Assembly (NCBI GenBank): GCA_965262115.1
Contig: OZ253496.1
Span: 1,536,001-1,600,000 of the forward strand
Reading direction: 5' to 3'
DNA: 64,000 bases
Source: Nitrospinales bacterium
Lineage (GTDB): Bacteria; Nitrospinota; Nitrospinia; Nitrospinales; VA-1
Position 1 is the first letter of the stretch; every line of letters starts with the position of its first letter. Both the position numbers and the translations under genes were made by a program. The notes under the pieces were generated by a model. The model searched no databases, had not been told where the DNA came from, and saw only the letters and a list, made by a program, of their open reading frames with translations. Of this stretch, positions 34,484 through 44,773 are shown one piece after another.

Positions 34484-35449
34484 ATGAGTAATAACTTTCA
34501 CCGGCCTCCGGCAACCCAGCAAATTTATAAATCCACAATTCCTACGCAATACCACGGTTTTGTTATCGAACAGTATTTTTCCTTACGATTTCCCTATCAG
34601 ACCCGGCAAGCGTGGGTGGCGCAGATTATAAACGGAGACATCAGGTTAAACGGAGAAAAGGCCCAACCCGGGTGTATCCTTCATAAGGGGGACAGCATCA
34701 TCACTCATGCGGGGGTTCGTCAGGAACCTCTGGCGGACCGCAGGTTGAGGGTTGTTTATCAAGACAGGCATATCCGGGTGTTCAACAAGCCGGCACCCAT
34801 TCCCGTGCATCCGAGTGGCCGGTATTTTCAAAACAGCATGACCGAAGTCTTGAAGGAAATGTTTCCGGAGGAGGTTCCACGTCCTGTGCAACGGTTAGAC
34901 GCAACCACCACCGGGTTGATCGTGTTTGCCCGGTCCCGTCAGGCTGCGGGATTCTTAATGAAAGAGTTTCAAAACCATCGAGTGCAGAAAGAATATCTGG
35001 CCTTGGTGAAAGGCAAGCCGGAGAAAAAGCAGTTCACTTTGACAGCCCCTATTGGAGTGGTGGCCGGGGTGCAACGAGGCGTGGGAGAGGGAATCAGGAA
35101 ACCGCAAGCCGCGACCACCCAGGTTGAATGGTTGGCCTCCACCGACACTCATTCTATTTTAAAAGTGGTTCCCTTGTCTGGCAGAACCAATCAGATTCGC
35201 GTGCATTTATCCAGTCAGGACCTGCCAATTTTAAATGATGAGGTTTATGGAGAAGGGAACCTGGAAAGTTATGAGTATGGACTGCATGCCTGGAAGCTGA
35301 GTTTCCATTGTTTTGACCGCTATCTGGAGTTTGAAGTAGCTCCTCCTCCACATTTCCAATCTTTTTGGGAAGATTTTGATAGAAAAAGTTTATGGACTTA
35401 CTGCAATCATCACTTGTATCGGATGCACCCGCGAGTCAGGGAAAACTGA
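34484..35449 (+). CDS. RluA family pseudouridine synthase
   Basis: NKPA, QRLDATTTG and GRTNQIRVH motifs. Confidence 0.9.
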   Translation: MSNNFHRPPATQQIYKSTIPTQYHGFVIEQYFSLRFPYQTRQAWVAQIINGDIRLNGEKAQPGCILHKGDSIITHAGVRQEPLADRRLRVVYQDRHIRVFNKPAPIPVHPSGRYFQNSMTEVLKEMFPEEVPRPVQRLDATTTGLIVFARSRQAAGFLMKEFQNHRVQKEYLALVKGKPEKKQFTLTAPIGVVAGVQRGVGEGIRKPQAATTQVEWLASTDTHSILKVVPLSGRTNQIRVHLSSQDLPILNDEVYGEGNLESYEYGLHAWKLSFHCFDRYLEFEVAPPPHFQSFWEDFDRKSLWTYCNHHLYRMHPRVREN

Positions 35450-36435
35450 TAGCGCGCGCCAGGAGTCCGTTTTGGCTGGCTCCTATGGCGGGGATCACCG
35501 ATGTTTGTTTTCGCCAATTGATGGATGAAATGCAGGCAGGTGTTTTGATTTCAGAGCTGGTGTCAGCGAAAGGGCTCTTATTTAATTCCGGGAAGACCCG
35601 GAAAATGATGCGCATTCATAAAAATCCCGGAACCATTGTCGGGGTTCAGCTTTTTGGTGAGTCGGCGGAGGATATTGTTCAGGCGGTGAGCGTGGTTGAA
35701 GAGACGGGGGCAGATTTTGTCGACATCAATATGGGTTGCCCGGTAAAAAAAGTGGTCAAAAAAGGATGCGGGGCGGCATTGCTGCGCGACCCGGCTTATG
35801 TGGAAACATTTTTGACTACGATTAAAAAAGGCATTCGTCTGCCCCTCACCGTCAAAATGAGAACGGGTTGGAATGAAAATGAGTTGACCATCCATGAATG
35901 TGTCGAAGCGGCTTACCAGTCAGGTTGCGAGTGGGTGGCCATTCATGGGCGTACTCGCGCTCAGGGTTATGAGGGCAAAGCGGACTGGGACCTTATTGCT
36001 GAAGTCAAACACCGGGCGAAATTGCCGATCATCGGTAACGGAGATATCCGCAGTGCCGCCCAGGCAAAACAAAGATTGCAGGAAACCGGAGTGGATGCGG
36101 TGATGATCGGTCGTGGAGCTTTGCGGAATCCCTGGATTTTTAAAGAATGTGTCGGCCTGTCTGTCCAGCGTGCCGGTCTCGAACTTTTGAACCACTATTT
36201 AAATGGGTTGCGCGAAAATTACGATTTGCGATCGACGCTGATTTTGTTGCGCAAGTTTTCGTCCTGGTTGGCGTTCGCCTATCCCGGCGCGGCGAAGTTT
36301 AGAAAAAATATGTTCGAGTGCCATACCGCATCAGAGGTCATGCAACAGGCGGAAAACTTTTTCAGCCAGGTTGCCGAACTTCCAGTTCCGGCTTTTGAAG
36401 ACAGTGAAGAATTTATGATGGGAGGTCATGGTTAG
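35392..36435 (+). CDS. tRNA-dihydrouridine synthase (DusB-like)
   Basis: LAPMAG, NMGCP, HGRT and GNGDI motifs. Confidence 0.9.
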   Translation: MDLLQSSLVSDAPASQGKLIARARSPFWLAPMAGITDVCFRQLMDEMQAGVLISELVSAKGLLFNSGKTRKMMRIHKNPGTIVGVQLFGESAEDIVQAVSVVEETGADFVDINMGCPVKKVVKKGCGAALLRDPAYVETFLTTIKKGIRLPLTVKMRTGWNENELTIHECVEAAYQSGCEWVAIHGRTRAQGYEGKADWDLIAEVKHRAKLPIIGNGDIRSAAQAKQRLQETGVDAVMIGRGALRNPWIFKECVGLSVQRAGLELLNHYLNGLRENYDLRSTLILLRKFSSWLAFAYPGAAKFRKNMFECHTASEVMQQAENFFSQVAELPVPAFEDSEEFMMGGHG

Positions 36436-36525
36436 TGGAGTGCCTCCGCCTCCAGGGAAAAATAACCGAAGTGTTGAGGATTAGTCGTTGTAAATGGAGC
36501 ATTAATTTTATAAAATATACTTGAG

Positions 36526-37443
36526 ATGAAGGCATCCGAAAAAAGAAAAAAAGTTCATACCGTAAAAGGTGAAAGCCCCTTAATAGATACTCCGTTCACA
36601 CAGATATACTTGGGAGACTGTGCGGAACAGTTGCAAGATATTGACAGTAGCTCTATAGATTTAATCGTTACCTCTCCGCCTTATGCCGACCAACGGAGTA
36701 AAACCTACGGTGGTATCACGCCAGACAATTATGTTGAATGGTTTTTGCCTGTTTCCGCAGAGCTATTACGAGTACTAGAGCCTACGGGGACCTTTATCCT
36801 CAACATAAAAGAAAAGGTTGTAAATAGTGAGCGCCATACCTATGTTTTAGAACTCATCCTTGCTATGCGCAAACAGGGTTGGTTGTGGACAGAAGAGTTT
36901 ATCTGGCATAAGAAAAATTGTTATCCCGGCAAATGGCCCAATCGGTTTAGAGATTCCTGGGAGCGTTTGTTGCAATTTAACAAAAATCGCAAATTTAAGA
37001 TGTTTCAAGAAGAAGTCATGGTGCCAACGGGAGATTGGGCCAAGACCCGGCTTAAAAAACTGAGCGAGACAGATAAGACCCGTGACGAATCAAAAGTGGG
37101 TAGTGGCTTTGGAAAAAATATTTCAAACTGGACGAACAGGGATAAAGCCTATCCTACAAATGTTTTGCAAATGGCAACGGAATGTAGCAATAAAAGCCAC
37201 AGTGCCGCTTTTCCACCTACTTTGCCAGAGTGGTTTATCAAGCTTTTTACTTCGGAAAATGATGTTGTGCTTGACCCTTTTGCGGGTTCAGGAACGACTC
37301 TGAAAATTGCCAAGCGAATGAATCGGCATGCGATTGGTATTGAAGTTAATAAAGACTATTACGATCATATTTTAGAAGATTTGGATGAAAGACAATATTT
37401 TTTAATGGAAGAGTCCAAAAAATATGTCGCAAATCGTTCTTGA
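36526..37443 (+). CDS. Beta-class amino DNA methyltransferase (SPPY, likely m4C)
   Basis: TSPPY precedes DPFAGSGT. Confidence 0.92.
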   Translation: MKASEKRKKVHTVKGESPLIDTPFTQIYLGDCAEQLQDIDSSSIDLIVTSPPYADQRSKTYGGITPDNYVEWFLPVSAELLRVLEPTGTFILNIKEKVVNSERHTYVLELILAMRKQGWLWTEEFIWHKKNCYPGKWPNRFRDSWERLLQFNKNRKFKMFQEEVMVPTGDWAKTRLKKLSETDKTRDESKVGSGFGKNISNWTNRDKAYPTNVLQMATECSNKSHSAAFPPTLPEWFIKLFTSENDVVLDPFAGSGTTLKIAKRMNRHAIGIEVNKDYYDHILEDLDERQYFLMEESKKYVANRS

Positions 37444-38173
37444 TGTTGTCAGAGAATTTGTTAGGGGTAATATTGGTCATTTTCATAAAAAGCGGTTGCA
37501 AAATTTGGAGAAGTTGAAGTTAGGCAAAATCCTGAAACGTAAAAATCCCTACCTTTTTAAATCTAAAAATATACTTACCTCTGAGGCATTGGTCAAAACT
37601 TTGTTGGATGCCCACCTGTCCTCACAAGAAGAAACTATTTTTGGGGACTTTCTCGAGGAACTCGCGATATTTATCAATCAACAAGTTTATGCTGGAAAAA
37701 AATCTTCTGCAGATGGTATAGATTTAGAGTTTGACCGTGAGGGAATTCATTACATTGTTTCCATTAAGTCCGGACCTGATTGGGGAAACAGTAGCCAGAT
37801 TAAGCGAATGAAAGAGAATTTTAAACAAGCTCAAAAGATTCTTCGTACAGGAAACTCTAAACTCCATGTCAGGGCGATAAATGGTTGTTGCTATGGTAGA
37901 GGTGGCAGGGAGGATAAGGGGGACTACCATAAATTATGTGGGCAGCAATTCTGGGCTTTCATTTTCGGCAATGACAATATTTATACGGAAATTATTGAAC
38001 CTCTTGGATATCAGGCTAAAAAGAGAAATGAGGATTTTGACAAGCACTATGCCAGGATTGTAAACCAGTTTTCAAAATCATTTATGAATCATTTTTGTGA
38101 CCAAGGTGAAATTAATTGGGACAAATTGGTGCAATTTAATTCGGGCAAAAATAAGGTTTCTTTGAAAATTTAA
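37424..38173 (+). CDS. Type II restriction endonuclease (EcoO109I/PmeII-like)
   Basis: KNPYLF, ETIFGDFLE and GIDLEF..SIKSGPDWGNS motifs; overlaps the MTase. Confidence 0.75.
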   Translation: MSQIVLDVVREFVRGNIGHFHKKRLQNLEKLKLGKILKRKNPYLFKSKNILTSEALVKTLLDAHLSSQEETIFGDFLEELAIFINQQVYAGKKSSADGIDLEFDREGIHYIVSIKSGPDWGNSSQIKRMKENFKQAQKILRTGNSKLHVRAINGCCYGRGGREDKGDYHKLCGQQFWAFIFGNDNIYTEIIEPLGYQAKKRNEDFDKHYARIVNQFSKSFMNHFCDQGEINWDKLVQFNSGKNKVSLKI

Positions 38174-38311
38174 TTTTTCTGAACACCTTTTTGCCGGGCC
38201 GTAGGAATTTATTACTTGTGGTTTTGTGGTAAAATAAAAACGGCCCTGAACAAAACTGAAAAGAAAATCATTCAAATCCCCCCAAAGTTCTTTTATTTAA
38301 CGGCCCCATAA

Positions 38312-39130
38312 TTGAGCCAGAGAATCACAGCCTATGAAAAAACGCGCCCCGACCGGGTGCGTAAGCAGTATAAAGAGCGGGAAGAGTTCACCCTCTATGG
38401 CTGGAACTCCTGCATGAGCGCGTTCAAGGCGAGACCGGAAAGTCTCTTGCGCATGTTCTTCAGCCGCGCCCGTTCCGCTCAGTTGAAAGAGATCAAGGTT
38501 TTTTGCGGAGAAAATAAAATTCCCTATCGGCAATTGGATCAGGAATCCCTCAATAAAGTTGCGTCTGGTGTTCACCATGAAGGAGTGGTGATGGTTGTCC
38601 GGCCCCGCCTGCCGGAATCCGCGCATCGACTGATCCGGGGAACAATGCCCGACAGGGGACTGGTCGTGGCGTTAGACGGAATTGATAACCCGCATAACCG
38701 GGGAGCAATTTTGCGGACCTGCGCTTTTTTTGGTGTGCGGGGGTTGCTGGTTCCCGGAGATGGAAAGGTTGTTTCCTCTTCCGCCGCGAGAATGGCGGAA
38801 GGAGGACTGGAAGAAGTCCCGATATTTACCAGTAGTGACCTTCCCTCTGCATTAAGAGATTGCAGGGAGCGAGGCTGGTTTGTGGTGGGTGCGGATGCAA
38901 ACGCGAAAGAAACCCTTTTCGACGCTACAATCAAGTTTCCTGCTGTGGTGGTGATGGGAAATGAACAGGAGGGACTTTCGAGTCGAGTCAAACAAAAATG
39001 CGATAAGGTGGTCCGGGTTCCCGGAGAGGGTTCCCTGCAATCTCTCAATGTATCGGTCGCGGCTGGAATCATTCTGGCGGAAATCGGCCGCCGGAGAAAA
39101 ACCCGCAAAAAAAATATATCTGGTTCATGA
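38312..39130 (+). CDS. TrmH/SpoU RNA methyltransferase
   Basis: DNPHNRGAILR, GNEQEG and SLNVSVA motifs. Confidence 0.9.
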   Translation: MSQRITAYEKTRPDRVRKQYKEREEFTLYGWNSCMSAFKARPESLLRMFFSRARSAQLKEIKVFCGENKIPYRQLDQESLNKVASGVHHEGVVMVVRPRLPESAHRLIRGTMPDRGLVVALDGIDNPHNRGAILRTCAFFGVRGLLVPGDGKVVSSSAARMAEGGLEEVPIFTSSDLPSALRDCRERGWFVVGADANAKETLFDATIKFPAVVVMGNEQEGLSSRVKQKCDKVVRVPGEGSLQSLNVSVAAGIILAEIGRRRKTRKKNISGS

Positions 39131-39546
39131 TTTTCTTCGCAAAACTCCATCCCATGATCGTTCACTTTCCAGTGGGTTTGTTAATCAGTGGAGTGGTGTT
39201 TGAAATTTATGGAGTGCTTCGCAACGAGGAGGTGGTTGCAACCGCAGGCCGGTTTAATATCCGGTTTGGGTTCTGGTGTCTGTTTCCTGTTCTGCTGGTG
39301 GGGTTTCTGGGAATGCTCAGCCTGGAAAACACGGAAAAGTTCAGGGACTTTCTGTCCAGCCATTTGAAGTTTGCGTTCACCACTGCCGGAGTATTTATTT
39401 TGGCCATGCTGGTTTCCAGATATTTTCGCCAACCTTGGGGCAGGGTTTTGTATTTACTGATCATTGCCACAGGGGGAATTTGTGTTCTTACCACAGGTTA
39501 CTTCGGCGGAGAACTGGTTCATCGCTTCGGAGTTTCCACGCGCTAA
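39127..39546 (+). CDS. DUF2231 membrane protein
   Basis: HPMIVHFPVG and GYFGGELV motifs. Confidence 0.8.
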   Translation: MIFFAKLHPMIVHFPVGLLISGVVFEIYGVLRNEEVVATAGRFNIRFGFWCLFPVLLVGFLGMLSLENTEKFRDFLSSHLKFAFTTAGVFILAMLVSRYFRQPWGRVLYLLIIATGGICVLTTGYFGGELVHRFGVSTR

Positions 39547-39597
39547 GTGAAGGAGCCAATTCGTATCACCTATCGTAAAACATTCCGCTAAAAGACC

Positions 39598-39725
39598 AGA
39601 CCTTTGCATAACCCCGAGATTCTTCGTCACGTTGTTCCTCAGAATGACAAAACAGCCCTTTATTGTCATGCTGAGCTTGTCGAAGCATCTCGCTTTTCTG
39701 CTTTATCGACTTACGCAAAGGTCTC
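39598..39725. mobile_element. ~128-bp MITE with AGACCTTTGC...GCAAAGGTCT ends enclosing a CGTC REP pair (copy without micro-element)
   Basis: Near-identical in reverse orientation to 49640-49888 once the insertions are removed. Confidence 0.8.
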
Positions 39726-40106
39726 CTAAAAGACCAGTTGGTAGCCTGAAAACAGGCAGATGCCCATTACCAGAAGTCCTGCCAAATAAAATCCTGTCGC
39801 GGTTCTCGAAAAGGTATTGGTGTAGGCGTAGCCGGCAGAGAATCCATAGAGGATGGTAAACAAAAAAGCATAGCCTTGGTGCCCCTCAACCTCCACAATG
39901 GTTCGCAAGTTAATGTCGACAGAGACCATGCCGGAAAAATCGGCGACCACAGCGGCTAGAAGGCCCAGGCTCAGATTAAAAGCTCCTGCGGCTTTTAATT
40001 TTTCATCATTTTTTTTGTGGGCCAAAAAAAGCAGGGCCAGTCCGGCAACAAATAAGGCGGGAGAAAAATGGGAAATGAAAGGGTGAAACGATACGGAGCT
40101 GATCAT
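39726..40106 (-). CDS. DUF2231-like membrane protein
   Basis: HPFISHF motif; TM helices. Confidence 0.7.
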   Translation of the reverse strand: MISSVSFHPFISHFSPALFVAGLALLFLAHKKNDEKLKAAGAFNLSLGLLAAVVADFSGMVSVDINLRTIVEVEGHQGYAFLFTILYGFSAGYAYTNTFSRTATGFYLAGLLVMGICLFSGYQLVF

Positions 40107-40227
40107 TGCATGAGAAACTCTTGATTGGGTAGGTTAGGTGGTGGAGCAGGGACTCATCCAGTCGAGACAATTTTGCGATTGCCAGATAAAGTGGCGGCCT
40201 ACTGGCCCCACGCCTAGTGGGCGCCGG

Positions 40228-40536
40228 TCAGTCGTCTTTTTTTCTCAGGTCGCCGACAATGTCGCCGGCAAGATCGAGGTCGGCTTCTGAAAGGTTGACA
40301 TCCACGTCCACTTTGGTGGCGGCACTGATATCCTGTTCCAGGGCATCGATGTTGACGGTTTGTTTGAGTCCTTCCGCCTCATCCATGACCTCCTGTTTCA
40401 GGCCGCTGAAAGTTTTTTGGAATTCGCCCCAACCTTTACCAATGGCTCTTGCGAGTTTAGGCAGGTTCTGTGGGCCAATCACCACTACGGCGATGCCCAT
40501 AATAATCATCAGCTCAAAAAATCCGATATCAAACAT
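40228..40536 (-). CDS. tatB: Sec-independent translocase TatB-like subunit
   Basis: MFDIGFFELMII...IGPQNLPKLAR. Confidence 0.85.
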   Translation of the reverse strand: MFDIGFFELMIIMGIAVVVIGPQNLPKLARAIGKGWGEFQKTFSGLKQEVMDEAEGLKQTVNIDALEQDISAATKVDVDVNLSEADLDLAGDIVGDLRKKDD

Positions 40537-40678
40537 TCAGATGCTCCAATCTTGTTGCGATAGGGTTCATTCTAGCAGATTAAAGGGGTAAATGCATCAG
40601 GTTGGAATCAGGATTTTTCCGGATGGTTTTCTGCTGATCTTGAATAAAAAGTGGTTTGGGGTAGTATAAGACCAATTT

Positions 40679-41620
40679 ATGAGAATTATTCGAGGAACAA
40701 AAAATATAACCGGTGCCATTCCCTATCCTGTGATGGCGATTGGCAATTTTGACGGAGTGCATGTGGGCCATCAGACCCTGTTCCGTAAAACGGCTGAGTT
40801 GGCATTGGTGCATGAGGGCACTGCTATCGCGTTCACCTTCGAGCCGCATCCCTTAAAGATCATCGCGCCGGAAAAAGTACCCCCCCTGCTGACCAATTTC
40901 CATAAAAAGATGGAGTTGATGGAATCCTTTGGAATCGACCTGGTCATTTGCGCCGATTTCACCCGTAAATTCGCAGACCAGCGGCCGCGTGATTTTTCAA
41001 AAAATATTCTTTTTGAAAAGATAGGGGTGAAGGAGGTAGTGGTCGGGTTCGACTACGCATTTGGCCGTGGAAGGGAGGGGACGATTCCCTACCTTAAAAA
41101 GATGGGAGAGGAGTTTGGGTTTCAGGTTCATGTGGTGGAGCCCTTCAAGCTCAAGGGGCATACTGTGAGTAGTTCCCATGTGCGGGAACTGATAGAGGCC
41201 GGGCAGATAGAAACAGCGAGTCAATTCCTGGGCCGGGATTATTCCATTATAGGCCCGGTTATTTCCGGTTATAAAACCGGGCAGTCCATCGGGTTCCCCA
41301 CCGCTAATATTGATACCAGCAAGGTCCAGATACCGGGGACGGGGGTGTACGCGGTTCGGGTTGTCTATGAAAATAAACCTTATGATGCAGTGGCCAATAT
41401 CGGGTTTAATCCAACCTTTCATCGCGACCGATTAAGTGTTGAGGTGCATATCTTTGATTTTAATCAAGTGATCTACCATCATGAAATTGAAGTTCAGTTT
41501 GTAGAGCGCATTCGTAGTGAAATATCCTTCAAGTCCGCCGACGATCTGGTCGCTCAGATTAAGCACGATATTGATAAAGCCAAAAAAATACTGGAGCAGA
41601 CAGAAATCCCGAACAAGTGA
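40679..41620 (+). CDS. ribF: Bifunctional riboflavin kinase/FAD synthetase
   Basis: GNFDGVHVGH, GFPTAN and EVHIFDF motifs. Confidence 0.96.
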   Translation: MRIIRGTKNITGAIPYPVMAIGNFDGVHVGHQTLFRKTAELALVHEGTAIAFTFEPHPLKIIAPEKVPPLLTNFHKKMELMESFGIDLVICADFTRKFADQRPRDFSKNILFEKIGVKEVVVGFDYAFGRGREGTIPYLKKMGEEFGFQVHVVEPFKLKGHTVSSSHVRELIEAGQIETASQFLGRDYSIIGPVISGYKTGQSIGFPTANIDTSKVQIPGTGVYAVRVVYENKPYDAVANIGFNPTFHRDRLSVEVHIFDFNQVIYHHEIEVQFVERIRSEISFKSADDLVAQIKHDIDKAKKILEQTEIPNK

Positions 41621-41743
41621 TTCTTTAGTTGACAGGCATTCAAATTCCATAGGAATTTGCTATAATGCCGCTTTAAATTTTGCCCAAATAAATATTGTAT
41701 GTCTTCGTGAGTAAGAGCTCACGCCAACAGACTGAAAATGTAT

Positions 41744-41830
41744 GCCGAAGTGGCGGAATTGGTAGACGCGCATGATTCAGGTTCATGTGCCCGAAAGGGT
41801 GTGGAAGTTCGAGTCTTCTCTTCGGCACCA
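41744..41830 (+). tRNA. tRNA-Leu(CAG)
   Basis: CATGA-TTCAGGT-TCATG anticodon arm, long variable arm, CCA end. Confidence 0.95.
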
Positions 41831-42072
41831 TTTTTCAATTAATTAGACTGTTGGCTCACCCGGGTAATTATTCAGCAAAAGTTTGACCGGCTTTTTTCGA
41901 TGAACTGGATGGGGAATTGCCCCCTGCCTGATTGTCTAGGTTATGAGTGCCTCCTTGCGGACCTTCTGAATTGTGTTGTAATACAGGGCATCTCAAAAAA
42001 TTGCTTTTGTACCCCTGTGGGGCATGAAAGCTGATGGGGAATATAACAGCCACGAGCGGCCATTATGACAAG

Positions 42073-42480
42073 GAGACCTTTGCATAAGTCGAAAATCGAG
42101 ATGCTTCGACATACCCCTCCGGGGCAAGAAGGCAAAGGTCGAGTATCACTAGCTCAGCATGACAATACTGGGCCATTTTGTCATGCTGAGGAACAAGGCG
42201 ACGAAGACGTGACATTTTTCCTTACCCTTCGTGCCCGGCACGGGTAATCTCGCTTTGCATAGGCTTGGGGATTTGGGGTTGCCGTCTTTGCGAGGAGGCT
42301 TTAGCCGACGCGGCAATCCAGGTTTTGGTTTTTCTCTCGGGGTCATGCTGAGCCTGTTGAAGAATCTCGCCTTGCATAGGCCTGGGGATTCTTCACTGCG
42401 TTCAGAATGACAAGAAACGCCGGTTTGTCATCCTCAAGGAGCCAACGGCGACGAATGATCCGGGGTTACGCAAAGCTCTC
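42073..42480. mobile_element. Composite MITE (GAGACCTTTGC...GCAAAGCTCTC) with several CGTC REPs and two 39-bp micro-elements
   Basis: Terminal inverted repeats and internal homology to 39598-39725. Confidence 0.75.
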
Positions 42481-42573
42481 TATGATAAGGGTCTGCGAGT
42501 TGCCTTAGAGAAAATTACCGAATAAATAGAGATTTTTTGCAGTTAGTTCATTCACCAGTCCGGTTTGAATTCG

Positions 42574-44484
42574 ATGAAAATGGTTGACGTAATTGTTATT
42601 GGCGGTGGGCACGCGGGTTGCGAAGCGGCTCTGGCCTCGGCACGTATGGGGTGCTCCACAGTGATGATCACCCTGGAAGCGGACAAAATCGCCCTGATGC
42701 CATGCAACCCCGCTATTGGCGGGGTGGGCAAGGGCCATATCGTGCGCGAAATAGACGCGCTCGGGGGTGAGATGGCCAAAATCATCGACGAGACAGGAAT
42801 CCAGTTCCGGGTTTTGAACTCTTCCAAAGGGCCGGCCGTACATGGTTACCGGGCTCAGGCCGACAAGGACCGTTACAAAAATGCCATGCGCCGGGTTCTG
42901 GAAAATACCGATAATCTCGACCTGCTCTTCGAAGAAGTCGATGAACTGATTATTGAGAGCTCTGCCGTTAAAGGGGTACGGACGGCATCGGGAACCGAAA
43001 TTAAGGCCGTATCGGTGGTCATCACTACGGGAACTTTTTTAAACGGGCTCATCCATCTTGGGCTGAAAAGCAGACCGGCTGGCCGGGTGGGAGAAAAACC
43101 TTCTACCAGATTGTCGCAGTCGTTTCTGGCTGTCGGCTTTGAACTGGGTCGTTTGAAAACGGGAACCCCGCCGCGTTTGAAACGCGGAAGTATCGACTTC
43201 AGTCGCTGTACCCCGCAGCCCGGGGATGAGGTGCCGCGGCCTTTTTCGTTTTCGACCTCCGGTATTGACCGGAAGCAGGTGCCCTGCTACCTCACCGCCA
43301 CCAATGAACGAACCGCACAGGTCATCCGCGACAATATGCATTTGTCCCCGTTATACAGCGGCGTGATAGATGGAGTCGGTCCGCGTTATTGTCCTTCCAT
43401 AGAAGATAAAGTTGTTAAGTTTCCTGATAAGAATTCGCATAATATTTTTCTCGAGCCGGAAGGTTTGGAGTCGGACTGGATTTATCCGAACGGCATTTCC
43501 ACCAGTCTTGCTGAAGAGGTGCAGTTACAGTTCGTGCGCACGATCCCGGGTCTGGAGCAGGCCGAGATTGTTTTGCCGGGTTACGCTGTGGAATACGATT
43601 ATGTCCCACCCACGCAGCTCACTCCTGCTCTGGAGACTAAACGGGTGAGCGGGTTGTTCCACGCAGGTCAGATTAACGGCACCTCCGGCTATGAAGAAGC
43701 GGCGGGCCAGGGCATCATGGCAGGGATCAACGCCGCCCTCAAGGCGCAAAAACGCAAGCCATTTCTGCTCACCCGCATGGATAGTTATATTGGTGTGCTC
43801 ATTGATGATCTGGTGACCAAAGGTACGTTGGAGCCCTACCGCATGTTCACCTCACGCGCCGAATATCGGTTGATTTTAAGGCAGGACAACGCCGACGAGC
43901 GGCTGATGGAAAAGGGTCATGGACTGGGTCTGGTGAATAAAGACCTGCTTGAAAAATGTATGAATAAATACCGCGCGGTGGACAGAGAGATAAAAAGACT
44001 GGAAGAGACAACAGTTGCGCCCAATCCGGAAACGCTTGTCCGGTTGTCCAAACTGGGTATTCAGGAGTTGAGGAATCCCACCACACTGGGGGGTCTGCTC
44101 CGTCGTCCCGAAGTGTCGCATGATAGTTTGCTAAGAGCTTTTGATGGTGGTGAGGTCCCGCAACTGGTCGGCGAGCAGGTAGAGATTCGCGTGAAGTATG
44201 AAGGATTCATCAACCGGCAGAACCAGATGGTAGCCCGGCAAAAGAAACTGGAGCACTACCGCATACCCGATGAGTTTGAGTATCAGGGGGTTTCCGGACT
44301 TTCTCGCGAAGTGGTGCAGAAACTTGAAGAAATTCGCCCGGTTACGTTGGGGCAGGCAGGGCGTATTTCCGGAATCACTCCCTCAGCCATCAGCCTGATT
44401 ATGATACTCCTAGAGAAACTCCACTCCCGGCCCACAACTGGTGATAATGGGGTCGTGACGCTGGTGCGCCCACCAAAGGCATGA
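42574..44484 (+). CDS. mnmG: tRNA uridine-5-carboxymethylaminomethyl modification enzyme
   Basis: [28 protein letters not shown] and [12 protein letters not shown] motifs. Confidence 0.97.
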   Translation: MKMVDVIVIGGGHAGCEAALASARMGCSTVMITLEADKIALMPCNPAIGGVGKGHIVREIDALGGEMAKIIDETGIQFRVLNSSKGPAVHGYRAQADKDRYKNAMRRVLENTDNLDLLFEEVDELIIESSAVKGVRTASGTEIKAVSVVITTGTFLNGLIHLGLKSRPAGRVGEKPSTRLSQSFLAVGFELGRLKTGTPPRLKRGSIDFSRCTPQPGDEVPRPFSFSTSGIDRKQVPCYLTATNERTAQVIRDNMHLSPLYSGVIDGVGPRYCPSIEDKVVKFPDKNSHNIFLEPEGLESDWIYPNGISTSLAEEVQLQFVRTIPGLEQAEIVLPGYAVEYDYVPPTQLTPALETKRVSGLFHAGQINGTSGYEEAAGQGIMAGINAALKAQKRKPFLLTRMDSYIGVLIDDLVTKGTLEPYRMFTSRAEYRLILRQDNADERLMEKGHGLGLVNKDLLEKCMNKYRAVDREIKRLEETTVAPNPETLVRLSKLGIQELRNPTTLGGLLRRPEVSHDSLLRAFDGGEVPQLVGEQVEIRVKYEGFINRQNQMVARQKKLEHYRIPDEFEYQGVSGLSREVVQKLEEIRPVTLGQAGRISGITPSAISLIMILLEKLHSRPTTGDNGVVTLVRPPKA

Positions 44485-44723
44485 CCCGGAAGGCAAGCGT
44501 GCATACGGATTCTATTCAATGGCAGATCGAAGTCGATAAAAAAGACATCGCATACATTGTCAGCATTTTTGACGGATATGATAATCTGGCGGTGGTGCGA
44601 ACGCTGGATGCTTCCCGTGGACTCATTGAGCTGATAATCTCTCCCGACTATCTGGAAGATACCCGTTGCCTGGTGGAGGCACTCTCCAGGGAAATCCCTT
44701 TCCGCCCACTGGCAGGGTGCTAA
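44481..44723 (+). CDS. DUF4911 family protein
   Basis: [21 protein letters not shown] pattern; follows mnmG. Confidence 0.7.
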   Translation: MTRKASVHTDSIQWQIEVDKKDIAYIVSIFDGYDNLAVVRTLDASRGLIELIISPDYLEDTRCLVEALSREIPFRPLAGC

Positions 44724-44773
44724 AAAACTCCTGTAGTTCGGCGGTGTTGACCTCCCTCCCTGTCAAGTCTTTT

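Noticed and set aside
41868..42346. Short ORFs downstream of tRNA-Leu, and similar ones at 11201-11672 and 53213-53871
   Set aside because: They are translations of repeat elements with no protein-family signal.
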